This document shows positions 13,891 through 27,130 of a stretch of 64,000 bases of DNA, piece by piece. Made by a program: the position numbers and the translations under genes. Source of the DNA: Octopus vulgaris (taxonomy: Eukaryota); NCBI GenBank assembly GCA_951406725.2, contig OX597820.1, positions 70,804,001 through 70,868,000 on the forward strand, given 5' to 3'. The notes under the pieces were generated by a model. That model did not search any database, was not told the origin of the DNA, and saw only the letters and a list, made by a program, of their open reading frames with translations. The stretch's first letter is position 1. The number at the start of each line of letters is the position of its first letter.

Positions 13891-14909
13891 TTTTTTTTTT
13901 ATTTTATCTAGTTTCAGCTCACGAGCTGTGGCCATGCTGGGGCACCGCCATTTGGTGTTGCTACATGATTTTACTTCACGAAGGCTTTTTAGCAATTGCC
14001 ATTTGATGCATGAGAGAGTTCGATGCAGCTGCCCTCATCTGCACCTCCTGCCGTGAAGTTGGTTCATCTGGGACACCTGACAGGAAGAGATCCAGTTTTA
14101 TATTAAAGACATCTGCATCCACCCCATGCAGGTCTCTCAGGTTCTTCGGGAGGATATTGAAGAGCTGTGGGCCTCTGAAGCCCAGGCTATCACAGTATCT
14201 TGTCCTACATCTTGATGGCAAATTTGGAGTCATTGGCACCATGCAGTGGCGCCCATTCTAGCATTTGTGTAACTCTCGATGCCAAAGTTTGGGACAAGTC
14301 CTTCTAGGATCTTCCAGATGTATATTATGGCATATCTTTCTCGCCTACGCTCTAAGGAATAGAGTCTTAATCTCTTGAGTCTTTCCCAGTAGCTTATATG
14401 CTGCACAGAGGCTATCTTCTTCGTGTAGCTTCGTTGGATCGCCTCAAGTTCTGTGATTAACTTGACACTGGATGGTAACCATAGCTGAGAGCAATAGTCA
14501 AAGTGGCTTAGGACAAGTGTCCTCCAGAGGACCATCATGGTTTCCTGGTCTCTTATTCTAAAGGTTCTAAGAATCCATCCGGTCAGCCACCTACATTTCA
14601 TTGCCAATTTAGCAACATGCACATGAAAGGTTGCATCATCACTCATGTAAATACCCAGGTCTCGCACTGATTGTGCCTCTGGGATTGCAATCCCTCCAGG
14701 TCCAGTGTATTTATTGGGTATTGCATTTAGTTTTGCATGTTGATAGCATAAAGCTTGAAACTTTTCAGCATTGAACTGCATGCTATTCTTTTCAGCCCAC
14801 TTGTATACTTTGTCCAGCTCACATTGCAGGTGCTTAGTGTCTTCAGGGTTCTGTATTACCTGTGAAACTTTTGTATCATCTGCATAACTTGTGATCGTGG
14901 CTCTCTGCG
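13891..14909 (-). mobile_element. 5'-truncated CR1-group LINE (RT C-terminus, 3' UTR, A-rich tail)
   Basis: [49 protein letters not shown]; one frameshift near 14245; embedded in TA-rich arrays. Confidence 0.92.
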
Positions 14910-15081
14910 TATATATGTATATATATATACACATGTATGTATATATGTATGTATATACGCATATATATATGTATGCATATATGTATATATATGTATGTAT
15001 ATATGAATATGTATATATATATATGTATGTATATATATTAATATATATACATACATGTATGTATATATCTATATGTATGTA

Positions 15082-15112
<31 letters not shown>

Positions 15113-15127
15113 ATGTATATAGATGTA

Positions 15128-15176
<49 letters not shown>

Positions 15177-15405
15177 GTATGTATATATGTATATATATAT
15201 GTATGTATATATGTATATATGTATGTATATATATATATGTATGTATGTATATATATATATGTATTTATATATGTATATATATGTGTATGTATGTATATGT
15301 ATATATGTATATATATATATGTATGTATATATGTATGTATATATATATGTATATATGTATAAATATATATATGTATCTCTCTCTCTATATATATACATAT
15401 ATGTA

Positions 15406-15482
<77 letters not shown>

Positions 15483-15704
15483 GGTCAATGTGTGAGATAC
15501 ATAAAACTGCTGAATATAGAAATCATGTAGTAGTGTTTAAATTATTAGAAGTTAAAATCCGAAATCTTTTTCGAAGACTGGGTCACGGAGTAAAGAGTGG
15601 CTACAAGAGAAATGTAAGTGAACTGATATGGAGATAGTGATGCCGATAAACATGATTAAACTTGATACATACATACATACATACATACATAATACATACA
15701 TTCA

Positions 15705-15985
15705 TGTGACAACCGATGCAGACTGTGGAGTTAACACCGAAGACATCACCTACATCATAAACAATTATCCGAAAATGTCATTACGGTATCAGCTACTGAT
15801 GAGACATGAAATCTGTCGGAAGGTTAACCTCGAGGACAAAGATGTAAAAACCCACAGTATGGGAGAAGTCATAGCCACTCATAATAAAAAGATGAAATGT
15901 CCCAGTGAAGACCTCAATAAAATGTAAGCACAACAGACCTGATATAATGATTTGCGGTAGGGAAGAAAAACTGTGGAACTAGTGA
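15705..15985 (+). mobile_element. REL-type non-LTR fragment (zinc knuckle and PD motif)
   Basis: CDNRCRL/CGVNTEDIT.II...PKMSLRY...MRH; KCKHNRPDIMI. Confidence 0.7.
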
Positions 15986-17423
15986 GTCGGAGGGAGAGGG
16001 AAGGAGGTGAGATAGGTCAGTATTGCGAAAGGAGGCGCCGTTAGTGGGGCCTGTTGAGAAACAAACCTTCAATGTATCGGGGATGGTTAAGGCTATGGAA
16101 AATTAGAGCAAGAGACAATGAATAAAGTAGGGAAAGAGGGTGGGGTAGCGGAGGGGACGGGGTTGCTGAGATACAGAGAGAGGTCCAAGGAGAATAGAGA
16201 GGTGCAGATTTTGAAACAGTAAGGAAGCTGGTTGAAGATGAAGCCAGGAAGAGGTGAGGAGGGAATACGAAGAGTGAGGGTTTGCTAGCGGCAAAGGAAG
16301 ATATACTGAGGTAAGAAGAAACTTACAAAGAGAATGAATAGGGAGTGAGATAGAAAGAGAAAGAGAAGGGATGTGTGGCGGCTGAATCGTGCTGGTTAGA
16401 GATGAAACCAGGATCGAGGACTGTAGTATACATTCAAGGACAATAAGTGTGTGGTTGAGAAACTCGCATTGCAGCCACGTGATTACGGTTTCTTGCACTT
16501 TGTGCAAGTGTCTTCTAGCATAGTCTTGGGCTGCCCAATGCCTTGTGAGTGAATTTGGTAGAAGGAGACTGGATGGAAGCCAGTCGTATAAGTTTATATC
16601 TTTGCGTTTGTATTTGTCCCCTGTTTGCTTGGCAACTGGTGTTGGCTCGTTTACGTTCTCTACTGATTCGATAGACTAGTACTTCGATAGATTTGTGATT
16701 AGATAGACTAGAGATTCGATAAACTAGTGATTCGATAGACTAGTAATTAGATAAACTAGCGATTCGACAGACTACGTACAAAACGTTTTAAAAGAAAGCT
16801 AAATACTAAGGTCCATTTATTCAACTAAACCCTGAAGTTGGTGCCTCCACATCACCACAGTCAAATGACTGAAACATAAAAGTGTGATTTGATGGAAATT
16901 TAGTTTCTATTTCTAGCACATCGAGTGACCACATTGACATTCCTTTTTATAAACCCGTTACATTTTATATTGTAACTGTTATGATTTTCCTCCTATATTT
17001 GAGTTATACAAAATAATTTTTGTATTTTTTATTCAACTCTTTTAGATAAAGCTACATGTTTTATTTATGTCGCAAATTCATTTTCCATTAAGTGACAGAA
17101 TCGCAGAGTTCTTCATATTCGTGAAATCAAGGTAGTTCTCCATAGATACTCATTCTTAGAATTATTTTCAAGAACAACTTCAAAATCAGAAATGAGCGAT
17201 GCATTTACTACTTCAAAGCTGCCAGATTGATGCTCTTAAATATTCAAAAACTACCAAGTTCTACATACATACAAACATACATACATACAAACATACATAC
17301 ATACATACATACATACGTACGTACGTACGTACGTACGTACATACATACATGCATATATACGTACGTACATACATATGTATGTATATGTATACATGTATGT
17401 ATTTATGTATGCATGCTTATATA

Positions 17424-17469
<46 letters not shown>

Positions 17470-17731
17470 TAAATACATACGTACACGCACATACATGCAT
17501 ATGTATATGTATACATGTATATATACACACACAGATTCATATATATCATGCGTGCATACGAATAGATAGATAGATATGTACATTTATATATATATATATA
17601 TATATATCTACCTATATACATACATACATATGTATATATATATATATACACACTCACACACACATATGTATGTGTACATATGTATATGTATATATAAATA
17701 TAAAATGTAGATGTCCGACATTATGTATACA

Positions 17732-17818
<87 letters not shown>

Positions 17819-18301
17819 ACGTGCGTGTGTATGTGTGTACATGTGTGTGCGGGTGGGGATTACAATGTGGATGTTCGTCGACATTTTCGTTTTCGGTTTC
17901 GAAATGAATTCAAAACGTAAATTAAATGTAATTTTTACTTTATTTTCTCTTCAAATCTTTTAAGCATCGAAACACATTCCTCCGTCATAAATATAACATC
18001 GTTGCGACTGGAATAACTTTAAATTCGTTTCCTTGGGAACAAGCTTACGAAATTCGTTCGTACAGCAGCAATTCAACTGGGAAATGTTTCATAAATAATT
18101 GAAACATCTCCAGCGCAATATCAAAATATCTCGTTAAAAATATTTCAATTCTTTTTTATTCATTCATTTTTATTTCTTTATTTTCATTAATTTATTTAGT
18201 TATTTTCTTACTTATTATTGTTTGTAGCAGCGGGGGACATTCGTTACAAGAAGTAAGCTCCAGGCTTATTGAAGCCCAGCTGTGATGTAGCTTGGATTCT
18301 C

Positions 18302-18336
<35 letters not shown>

Positions 18337-18844
18337 TTTTACATTGATCCCAATTTATAAAGTTAACATTCTTCAGTAACACATGAGCATCACCAACTCC
18401 TGTCTCCCGAAAGCAATCATTTTGTTTGTTTTTTGTTTTTTTTTTTCCAAACCACTCTTCTTCGGAAGTTCTCGAAATCAAACTAATCATAACAATTTGA
18501 ATGCCGGTTTTAATCATTAATTCTTTGTAGGTAATTCACAGCACAAGTAGTCTCGTTTATCACGGATTCATTCATTATTGATCCGAGATTACACATACAC
18601 TCAATTGTGAATCATGTTGCGCTTATTACGGATTGGTCTGTGATAACACAGGTTCGCGATCAGCAGAGATACTGCTTCCTCACCGACCAACCACAATGCT
18701 CAATTACCCAGAATTCACCGACTGTTACTTGTGTTTACGTGACGAGTCCGCTTATTTTTTATACGGATTTACATATTTTTATTCATCAACCAATGAACAG
18801 AAAAATAAGTCACCTGATTCTAACAAATGACCATGGCGAGAGTA

Positions 18845-18970
18845 TTCTCTACAGGAAAAGGTAGAAGCAATCAATAAAGTACGTGACTGTGGAAGCTTTG
18901 CTGCTGGGATCCGCGAGTTTTGTGTCAATGATTTTACCATTCCTTCCATTTAGAAAGTGAGTGAAGATTC
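18845..18970 (+). pseudogene. Tigger/pogo-type HTH remnant
   Basis: LQEKVEAINKVRDCGSFAAGIREFCVNDFTIPSI. Confidence 0.45.
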
Positions 18971-19131
18971 ATTTTCACTGGTTCATTTATCTATTTTTTT
19001 ACTTTTTGGAGCCAAGCTTCTGTGATAAATGAGAATAGATGTATTTGATAGGCTGCGCGTGAAGACAAGGATGGCTCGACTCATATATATTTGAGTTTTT
19101 ATATATCTTTATTAACCTGCAAAGTTTATAT

Positions 19132-19946
19132 TGTAGCGTGGCAGTTCAGCAAGGGTGAAAAATGACTATAGCGATTGCTAATATCTTTACTGTGTGAAAG
19201 GCGAGGCAGGAATGATCTCGTTTGAGGTTACAACCATCTTTGGTCAACCTGTTCTTGTGCTAAACACTAATTTGATTGGCTGACAGGACATGAGTGGTCT
19301 CTACGTGTTTCGCGCCACTGGGTAACATGTGACACGAGGTTCCCTCCTAAGTCCGCCACTGATTGGCACGTGACGCGAATTGTCTCGACTTATTTCGCGC
19401 CATAATTGCGAATCAGCCAATCAAGACTTTCGGTTAAAATTCCATTTTCTGAGGTTCGGTGAGCCAACCGAACAGTATAAAAGCAGGATTTCACAGGCAC
19501 TTGGGTCTTGGTTTCCAGTTCTTTTAAGAGCTAACTTAGACCCCTGCTGCTCAACTAGAGATATGCGATTGTCTCTGCTACTGCCGTTGCTACACTAATC
19601 TATACAACTACTGAAAGCCTCTCAAGTAGATTCCAGCATCTTGCCCTATGAACAGTAAACTAAATGCCATTGTTAATTCTATGTTCAGTGCCTTTGGGTA
19701 TGCTTCACGCCACCCGAACACACCGACACAAAACGGGCTTACACTTATGAACTCTTAGAATCCACATGATTGTAAAATATGTAAAATAAATAATATTTAT
19801 CTACCAACAGAAGACTTGTATCCATTCACTTATGTCCTATCGTCGTTATATGTATTTTATGGCTTTTGAATAATTCGTTGAGAATAGAACCGCGTGCAAT
19901 CGTATTTTCCTAAACGATACGACCAAGCGTGATCCTATTTCTTACA
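19132..19946 (+). repeat. 5' LTR (815 bp)
   Basis: Near-identical to 24335-25156; TATAAAAG near 19476, AATAAA near 19785. Confidence 0.97.
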
Positions 19947-19947
19947 C

Positions 19948-19964
19948 TGGTGACCCGACGTGAT
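19948..19964 (+). promoter_or_regulatory. Primer binding site complementary to tRNA-Trp
   Basis: TGGTGACCCGACGTGAT, 1 nt after the LTR; matches the tRNA-Trp complement TGGTGACCCCGACGTGAT less one C. Confidence 0.9.
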
Positions 19965-20082
19965 CATTCGCATATACTACGCAGCCGATAATAAACATAA
20001 GTACGGAAGTATTGACACAGAAGAAGCTGAAAAAGGAATATTTTTTGAAAAAACAAAAACAAAATACATATCCACAAAAATA

Positions 20083-20916
20083 ATGGAGCAGGAACAAAAA
20101 GAATGTGGAGCATCGTACTTCGATAGAAGTTACACACAAGCTTCTGTCAATGTCATGAGTAGCCCCCCCTTGACTGGTGATACCCTGATGTGGTTAACGC
20201 AACTAGAGGCAGCTTTCAGAACCAACAGAGTAGTGAACGAAGAACAGAAGTACGACATCATGCTTAGTAACTTGCCGCCACCGCTAGGCAATGAAATCAG
20301 GGATCTGTTACTGAACCCTATGGAACCGGTAACGTATTCTTCGATTAAGGAAGAAATATTGAAGCGCACGTCTACTTCCAAGCAAAAGGAATTCGCGAAA
20401 TTGTTTAACGGTGAAGAGCTGGGTAATAGAAAACCCACGCAACTGTTAAGGAGAATGAATGAGCTGCTGGGGAACCAGCAAATAGAGGAATCGTACCTCA
20501 AAGAGGTATTTTTCAACAAACTGCCGCATAAAACACAAACCTTGCTCTCGGCAGTAAAAAACCAGAACTCAATCCAACAGTTAGCGGACCTAGCGGACGG
20601 TATTTTGGAGTTATCGTCCAAGGAGACTATTAGTGCAATTCCTTCAATTTCAAGTGAGATTCAAGAATTGAAGAAATGTTACGAGCTACAGTTCGAAGCT
20701 TTGACAAAAAAAATTGAGAGCTTACAACTGGAGAGGAACAGCCGAGCCGATCGGAGAAATAACACAAAGTGGCGTAGGAGATCGAAGAGCCCTAGCGTGA
20801 ACAGAAACGCCATATGCTGGTATCACGCAAAATTCGGAGAGAATTCCTTTAAGTGCATCAAACCCTGTGCGTTCGATTTCCTCGCTAAAAAAAAAGGAAA
20901 TTCGGGAAACTTCTAA
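20083..20916 (+). CDS. gag: Gag with CHCC motif ([18 protein letters not shown])
   Basis: Intact ORF from ATG 20083; [20 protein letters not shown] and CX2HX9CX3C typical of CsRn1-lineage Gag. Confidence 0.92.
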   Translation: MEQEQKECGASYFDRSYTQASVNVMSSPPLTGDTLMWLTQLEAAFRTNRVVNEEQKYDIMLSNLPPPLGNEIRDLLLNPMEPVTYSSIKEEILKRTSTSKQKEFAKLFNGEELGNRKPTQLLRRMNELLGNQQIEESYLKEVFFNKLPHKTQTLLSAVKNQNSIQQLADLADGILELSSKETISAIPSISSEIQELKKCYELQFEALTKKIESLQLERNSRADRRNNTKWRRRSKSPSVNRNAICWYHAKFGENSFKCIKPCAFDFLAKKKGNSGNF

Positions 20917-23900
20917 ACCATAGATTGGATGCGACGAAGTCTGTGGATAGCATTGTAAAAAGTCGCGTGTTTTTCGTATACGACTTAAAATCAAAAGAAA
21001 AATTTCTCGTGGATACAGGAGCAGCGTGTTCGATATGGCCGGTAAGGCTCTTAAAACAGAAGACGAAACCCGTGTATATGACTCTTCAAGCGGTGAATCA
21101 GTCTGAAATTCAAACGTTTGGAGAGATCAGCTTAACGCTCGACGTAAATTTGCGAAGAGAATACAAATGGGTATTCATAGTAGCAGATTTACCATATCCA
21201 ATATTAGGAGCGGATTTTTTGGCGCACTACCATTTAATGGTAGATGTGAACAAACAAAAGTTAATAGATACACAAACTTCCCTAAAAATTCAGGGAATGA
21301 GATGCAGAAGAACAACAATCAGTCCACTATATTTCATAGCGTCCACAGAAAATAAGTACCACAAAATTTTGGAAAACTATCCACAAATAACGAAGCAGTT
21401 AGCTCTGAATACCACGTGTACGCATTCGGTGACACATCACATCATCACACAAGGACCACCGAGTTTTTCTAAGCCCAGGAGATTATCGCCGGAGAAATTG
21501 AAGGTGGCTAAGGCGGAGTTTCGCCATATGATGGACCTGGGTATAATCCGTCCTTCTAGTAGTAGCTGGTCAACACCATTAGTAATGGTAAAGAAAAACC
21601 TCATCGACTGGCGACCTTGTGGTGATTTTAGACAACTGAATGCGAAAACAAAGCCTGACAAATATCCAATACCCCACATAATGGATTTTGCGACTTCTTT
21701 GAGTGGTTGTACCATTTTTTCAAAGATAGATTTAGTCAGGGCGTACAACCAAATTCCTGTGGCAGAAAACGATATACCAAAGACAGCCATTACCACCCCA
21801 TTTGGTTTGTTTTAATTTCTTCGCATGCCCTTCGGATTGAGGAATGCGGCAAATACTTTTCAAAGGTTTATGGATGAAGTGACACGAAATTTACCTTTCG
21901 TGTTTGCTTATATAGACGATATTCTCATCGCTAGTCCATCGGAAGAAACGCATGAAGAGCATTTAAAAGAAATCTTCGAACGATTAACAAAATTTGGAAT
22001 TGTGATAAACCCATCGAAATGTGTTTTTGGTGAAACGACCATATCCTTTTTGGGTCATCTTATCGATAAAGATGGAATTCGCCCATTACCAGAGAAAGTG
22101 GAAGCAATAAAAAACTTCCCAGTACCAAATAATTTAAAGAAACTCAGAGGATTTTTAGGGATCGTCAATTTTTACAGAAAGTTCATTCCTAAAGTTACGG
22201 AAACCCTATATCCCTTAACTGAGCTATTGAAAAATAGAAAGAAAAAAAAATGAAGCCATAACCTTACAAGAAAAGGAATTACAAGCTTTTAAAGAAATCA
22301 AAGAGAAACTGTGTAAAGCAACGCTTTTAAACCACCAGGTCCTTGAAGCAAAATTATCATTGATGGTTGATGCTTCCGATGTGGGGATCGGTGGGGTTCT
22401 ACAGCAATTTCATTGTAATTCCTGGCAACCATTGGCATTTTTTTCAAAAAATTCAAGGCACCAGAAACTAAATACAGTGTGTTCGGCAGAGAATTGTTGG
22501 CAGCTTATTTGTCAATCAAACATTTCAGACATCTTCTTGAAGGTAGGTCATTTACTTTATTCACTGACCATAAACCGTTAACATATGCATTGAAAAATTC
22601 TTCGGAAAAATATTCTCCTAGAGAAATTAGACACCTTGATTTTATTTCACAGTTTACTGTGGATATACGTTTTATCAAGGGGGAAAAAAATATAGCAGCA
22701 GATGAACTTTCTCGAATGAATGTAGACGCATTGAGCTCATTAAGCACAATAAATTTGGAAGAGATGTCTAAAGATCAAGTTGCAGATAAAGAGTTTTCTT
22801 CATATAAAAATTCCGATTCAACTGCTTTAAAATTTAAAATGTTGCCGATACATTCATGTAATTCACATATTTGGTGTGATATTTCTACAGGGTTTTCAAG
22901 ACCATTTGTGCCTGAAAAGCATAGAAAAAATGTTTTTTCTAGCTTGCATAATTTATCTCATCCAGGTATAGAAGCTTCGTTGAAGTTAATATCAAACCGT
23001 TTTGTTTGGCCTGGTATGAATAAGGATATTCGTTCATGGGTCAAAGCATGTGTGCAATGTCAGAAATCTAAAGTACAGCGGCACATCAAGGCACCATTAG
23101 GCACATTTGCAAATCCGGATGCGAGATTCCAACATATCCACATCGATATAGTGGGACCTTTGCCTCCGTGCGAGGATAATATGTATTTGTTGACGTGTGT
23201 GGACCGTTTTTCCAGATGGCCCGAAGCTTATCCGATAAAGGATGTATCTGCAGTGACTGTAGCAAAAACTTTGTTTACCAATTGGATGTCTAGATTCGGC
23301 ATCCCAAATACAGTGACAACAGATCGTGGTAGACAATTTGAGTCTAGCTTATTTGCAGAATTCAATAAATTGTTGGGAATTAATAGAATTCGTACAACTT
23401 CATATCACCCACAATCTAACGGAATGGTAGAAAGGTTCCATAGACAGTTGAAAGCTTCATTAAGAACTTATTCTAATTCTAACGATTGGCTAGAGGCTCT
23501 GCCAGTGGTATTGTTGGGAATTAGAAGTACGGTTAAAGAAACTATACAGTATTCTCCAGCTGAACTTTTGTACGGAACAACGTTAACTTTACCTGCTCAA
23601 ATGTTCGAAGAAACTAATTTTTTCAACGGAGAGGTTAATGACTATGTAACTCGTCTAAAAAGATTTCTTACGGATATTCCTTCTTGTACAAGAAAATTGC
23701 AAAATGTTAAAAGTTTTCTTCCTTCGGATATAAAATCTTGGACACATGTGTATGTCCGCAACGATGCAGCTCATAATTCGCTGAAATATAAATACACCGG
23801 ACCTTTTAAAGTCTTATCAGTTACAGACAAAACTATGACTTTGGAGATGAATGGAAAGAAAGAAATCGTCAGTGTCGAAAGAGTAAAAAAAGCTTATTTC

Positions 23901-24098
23901 GACCATTATCCATGTCATGAAACCAGAGATATGAGCAACACACATCAACACAACGTGAAACAAAAAAATCATATAGAAAACAACAAATCCGATGTTGAGG
24001 GTAAAGCGAAATCAATTCTAAAACCACCTACGAATGTAAAAAAAACTATAAGTAGTAGAACTGTACACTTCCCCAAAAAATTTTTTCAGTTTGTTTGA
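20904..24098 (+). pseudogene. pol: Pol polyprotein (protease LVDTGA, RT YIDD, RNase H DAS, integrase HHCC/DDE/GPF), disrupted
   Basis: -1 frame relative to gag; premature TAA at 21813-21815 (GLF*FLRMPFGL); +1 and -1 indels in A-runs near 22245 and 22450. Confidence 0.92.
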
Positions 24099-24334
24099 GG
24101 ATATATATATAAAAAAAAAAAAAAAAAAAAGACATTTGATTTATATTCATGGATTATTTCACAACAAAAAAAAAAAAAACATTATTTTTTTTTCAGTGAA
24201 ATGTGAACGGAAAGACTAAATTCATGTTTTAACCTTGTAAATGCACTTGTGTATATATATATAAAAAAAGAAAATACATATGTATAGCTAATTTCGTTCG
24301 CAAAATTGTAACAATTTTTCTAGTGAGAGGCTGA

Positions 24335-25156
24335 TGTAGCGTGGCAGTTCAGCAAGGGTGAAAAATGACTATAGCGATTGCTAATATCTTCACTGTGTGA
24401 AAGGCGAGGCAGGAATGATCTCGTTTGAGGTTACAACCATCTTTGGTCAACCTGTTCTTGTGCTAAACACTAATTTGATTGGCTGACAGGACATGAGTGG
24501 TCTCTACGTGTTTCGCGCCACTGGGTAACATGTGACACGAGGTAACATGTGACACGAGGTTCCCTCCTAAGTCCGCCACTGATTGGCACGTGACGCGAAT
24601 TGTCTCGCGCCATAATTGCGAATCAGCCAATCAAGACTTTCGGTTAAAATTCCATTTTCTGAGGTTCGGTGAGCCAACCGAACAGTATAAAAGCAGGATT
24701 TCACAGGCACTTGGGTCTTGGTTTCCAGTTCTTTTAAGAGCTAACTTAGACCCCTGCTGCTCAACTAGAGATATGCGATTGTCTCTGCTACTGCCGTTGC
24801 TACACTAATCTATACAACTACTGAAAGCCTCTCAAGTAGATTCCAGCATCTTGCCCTATGAACAGTAAACTAAATGCCATTGTTAATTCTATGTTCAGTG
24901 CCTTTGGGTATGCTTCACGCCACCCGAACACACCGACACAAAACGGGCTTACACTTATGAACTCTTAGAATCCACATGATTGTAAAATATGTAAAATAAA
25001 TAATATTTATCTACCAACAGAAGACTTGTATCCATTCACTTATGTCCTATCGTCGTTATATGTATTTTATGGCTTTTGAATAATTCGTTGAGAATAGAAC
25101 CGCGTGCAATCGTATTTTCCTAAACGATACGACCAAGCGTGATCCTATTTCTTACA
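24335..25156 (+). repeat. 3' LTR (822 bp)
   Basis: Differs from the 5' LTR by one seen substitution, a 17-bp duplication and a 10-bp deletion; purine-rich AGTGAGAGGCTGA (PPT-like) just upstream. Confidence 0.97.
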
Positions 25157-26739
25157 ATATCAACACGTGTACATATATTACATTTAATAGAACGTTCGTG
25201 AGATAACGAGTGCAATAGCTACGAATCTTCCATAATATAATGAGCTAAATAATTTTGTGAAAGTAGTTCATCCTTACTGAATACATAATATGTAGAAATA
25301 GTTAAAACTACTTCATGAAATGCGTGCATGACTCAACATTACAACTCGAAGTCGAACGTGACATAAGTACGTTAAATAAATTTTTTTAAAGTGAAACAGG
25401 TAAGAGATAAATTCAATGTGTAAAAAGATATGGATCTATGTGGACTGTTGAGTGGCTCTTGTCTAACGTTGAATTTGCCAGATTTTTATAACTGTAAGCA
25501 AAAGTTTCCAGAACTTTCAGTCAAGCTATTTAACAGAAAAACTTCCACAGTGCCTATGAAGCTCGCTTCATCAACCAAGTCGCCCGATGCTGATTGGTCG
25601 AACCATATTTCCGTAGGCCTCAATGCCTTTAATGGCGGTATGGTAGGTCGTGTTCTTGTGCAGGGAAACTCTGAGAGCAATGCTTCGTAACTCCACAGAA
25701 ACCTCACAACACTCACACACGAAAACTCAGATCAATACCTATGCTCTAATCACACAAAACTCCATCATACATCATTCATTACTCATTTGTCAAAATTCTA
25801 AAAACAAAAACAGAAAAAAACGCAACAATGCAGAACCCTCAACGCAATGACTCCACCGTCTAGAAATAGCAACACGATTCCATAAAATTACGTCCTACCG
25901 CTTTAAAAATTGAAGGACACATCAAATAACCTACTTCTAGATTTATAAAATGCAAGCGGGCCAAGGCGGCAAGCATGGAATCTGAGGAACATGTGGAGCC
26001 GAGAAAAGCTGACTACTGGTGCAGCAGATTCTCAGTTGCGGTATTGGCAGTAAAAGGACAGCGCTCAAACTGCACGTCTCACAATTCGAATTATCACAAC
26101 CCCACAAGTACGTGTACACCATATTTACAACGAGTAACCATATCAACAACAAAAACAATTTTTCACCCCACACGCACGTGCGCGCGCAATGGTCTTCTTT
26201 CAGTTTCTTATTTCTTTACTACCCACAAGGAGCTAAACACAGAGAGGACAAACAAGGACAGACAAACGGATTAAGTCGATTATATCTAGCCCAGTACGTA
26301 ACTGGTACTTATTTAATCGACCCCGAAAGGATGAAAGGCAAAGTCGACCTTAGCGGAATTTGAACTCAGAGCGTAAAGACAGACGAAATACCGCTAAGCA
26401 TTTCGCCCGGCGTGCTAATGATTCTACCAGCTCCTTTCAGTTTCTGTCTACCATATCAACTTGCAAGGCTTTGATCGGCCTGAGGCTATAGTAGAAGACA
26501 GTCGTCCGAAGGCCACATAATGGAACCGAACCTGAAACCACGAGGCTGGAGAGCAAACTTCTTAGCCACACAATCATGCTTTAAAAATCACGTTTTAAAA
26601 ACTGTTTCATCCACAATTCTATTTTGCAACAAAGGCAGTTAATTACTGTCGACTCGTTTTATCAGGAACAGGTACGGGCCAGCACTCAGTCACAGTTAAC
26701 TCACCCTTTAAAAATTAGCAGAATTACACCCATCCATCC

Positions 26740-27130
26740 ATCCTCTCTGTCCGTCATTCCTGCGAGGGTGATGGGAGCTGAGTCCTCACGTACTTCGTCC
26801 TCATGGTCTTATCAGGAGCAACCTTCATTACCTTTTCCAGCTGAATTCCCAAGTGTGACCCGAGACTCTGAGTATTATCCAACCATCTCATTCTTGGTTT
26901 TCTCCTACGTCTTCTGCCAATTGGCTCAGCTTGAAGAAACCATCTTATGATTCTTTCTCGTGAGATTCTAATCATATATCCATAGTGCTGGAGCTGTGAC
27001 CTCTCAATACAGAGAAGTGGCCACTCGACTTAGAGACCTCTATGCTACATACCCAGTTGAGTAACATTTCTCCAGAGACCCTTCAGAGGAACCCCATATT
27101 GGCCACATGTACTCACGTTCATACTCTTTT
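26740..27130 (-). mobile_element. Degenerate RTE LINE 3' end
   Basis: GRRRRRKPRMRWLDN motif; (GGAT) tail. Confidence 0.5.

Larger units (their letters stand above)
19132..25156 (+). mobile_element. Full-length Ty3/Gypsy LTR retrotransposon, CsRn1/Boudicca/kabuki-type lineage
   Basis: TGTA...TACA LTRs, ATAT 4-bp TSD (19128-19131 and 25157-25160), tRNA-Trp PBS, CHCC Gag, PR-RT-RH-IN order. Confidence 0.97.

Noticed and set aside
11668-17963. Many ORFs rich in YI/CV/HT repeats
   Set aside because: Translations of (TA)n, (TG)n and (CATA)n microsatellites; not genes
19380-19598. 72-aa ORF repeated at 24590
   Set aside because: Non-ATG start inside the LTR; repeated only because the LTR is duplicated
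22240-22455. Two frame changes within pol as programmed recoding
   Set aside because: Both lie in A homopolymers and cancel each other; more likely slippage mutations or sequencing errors
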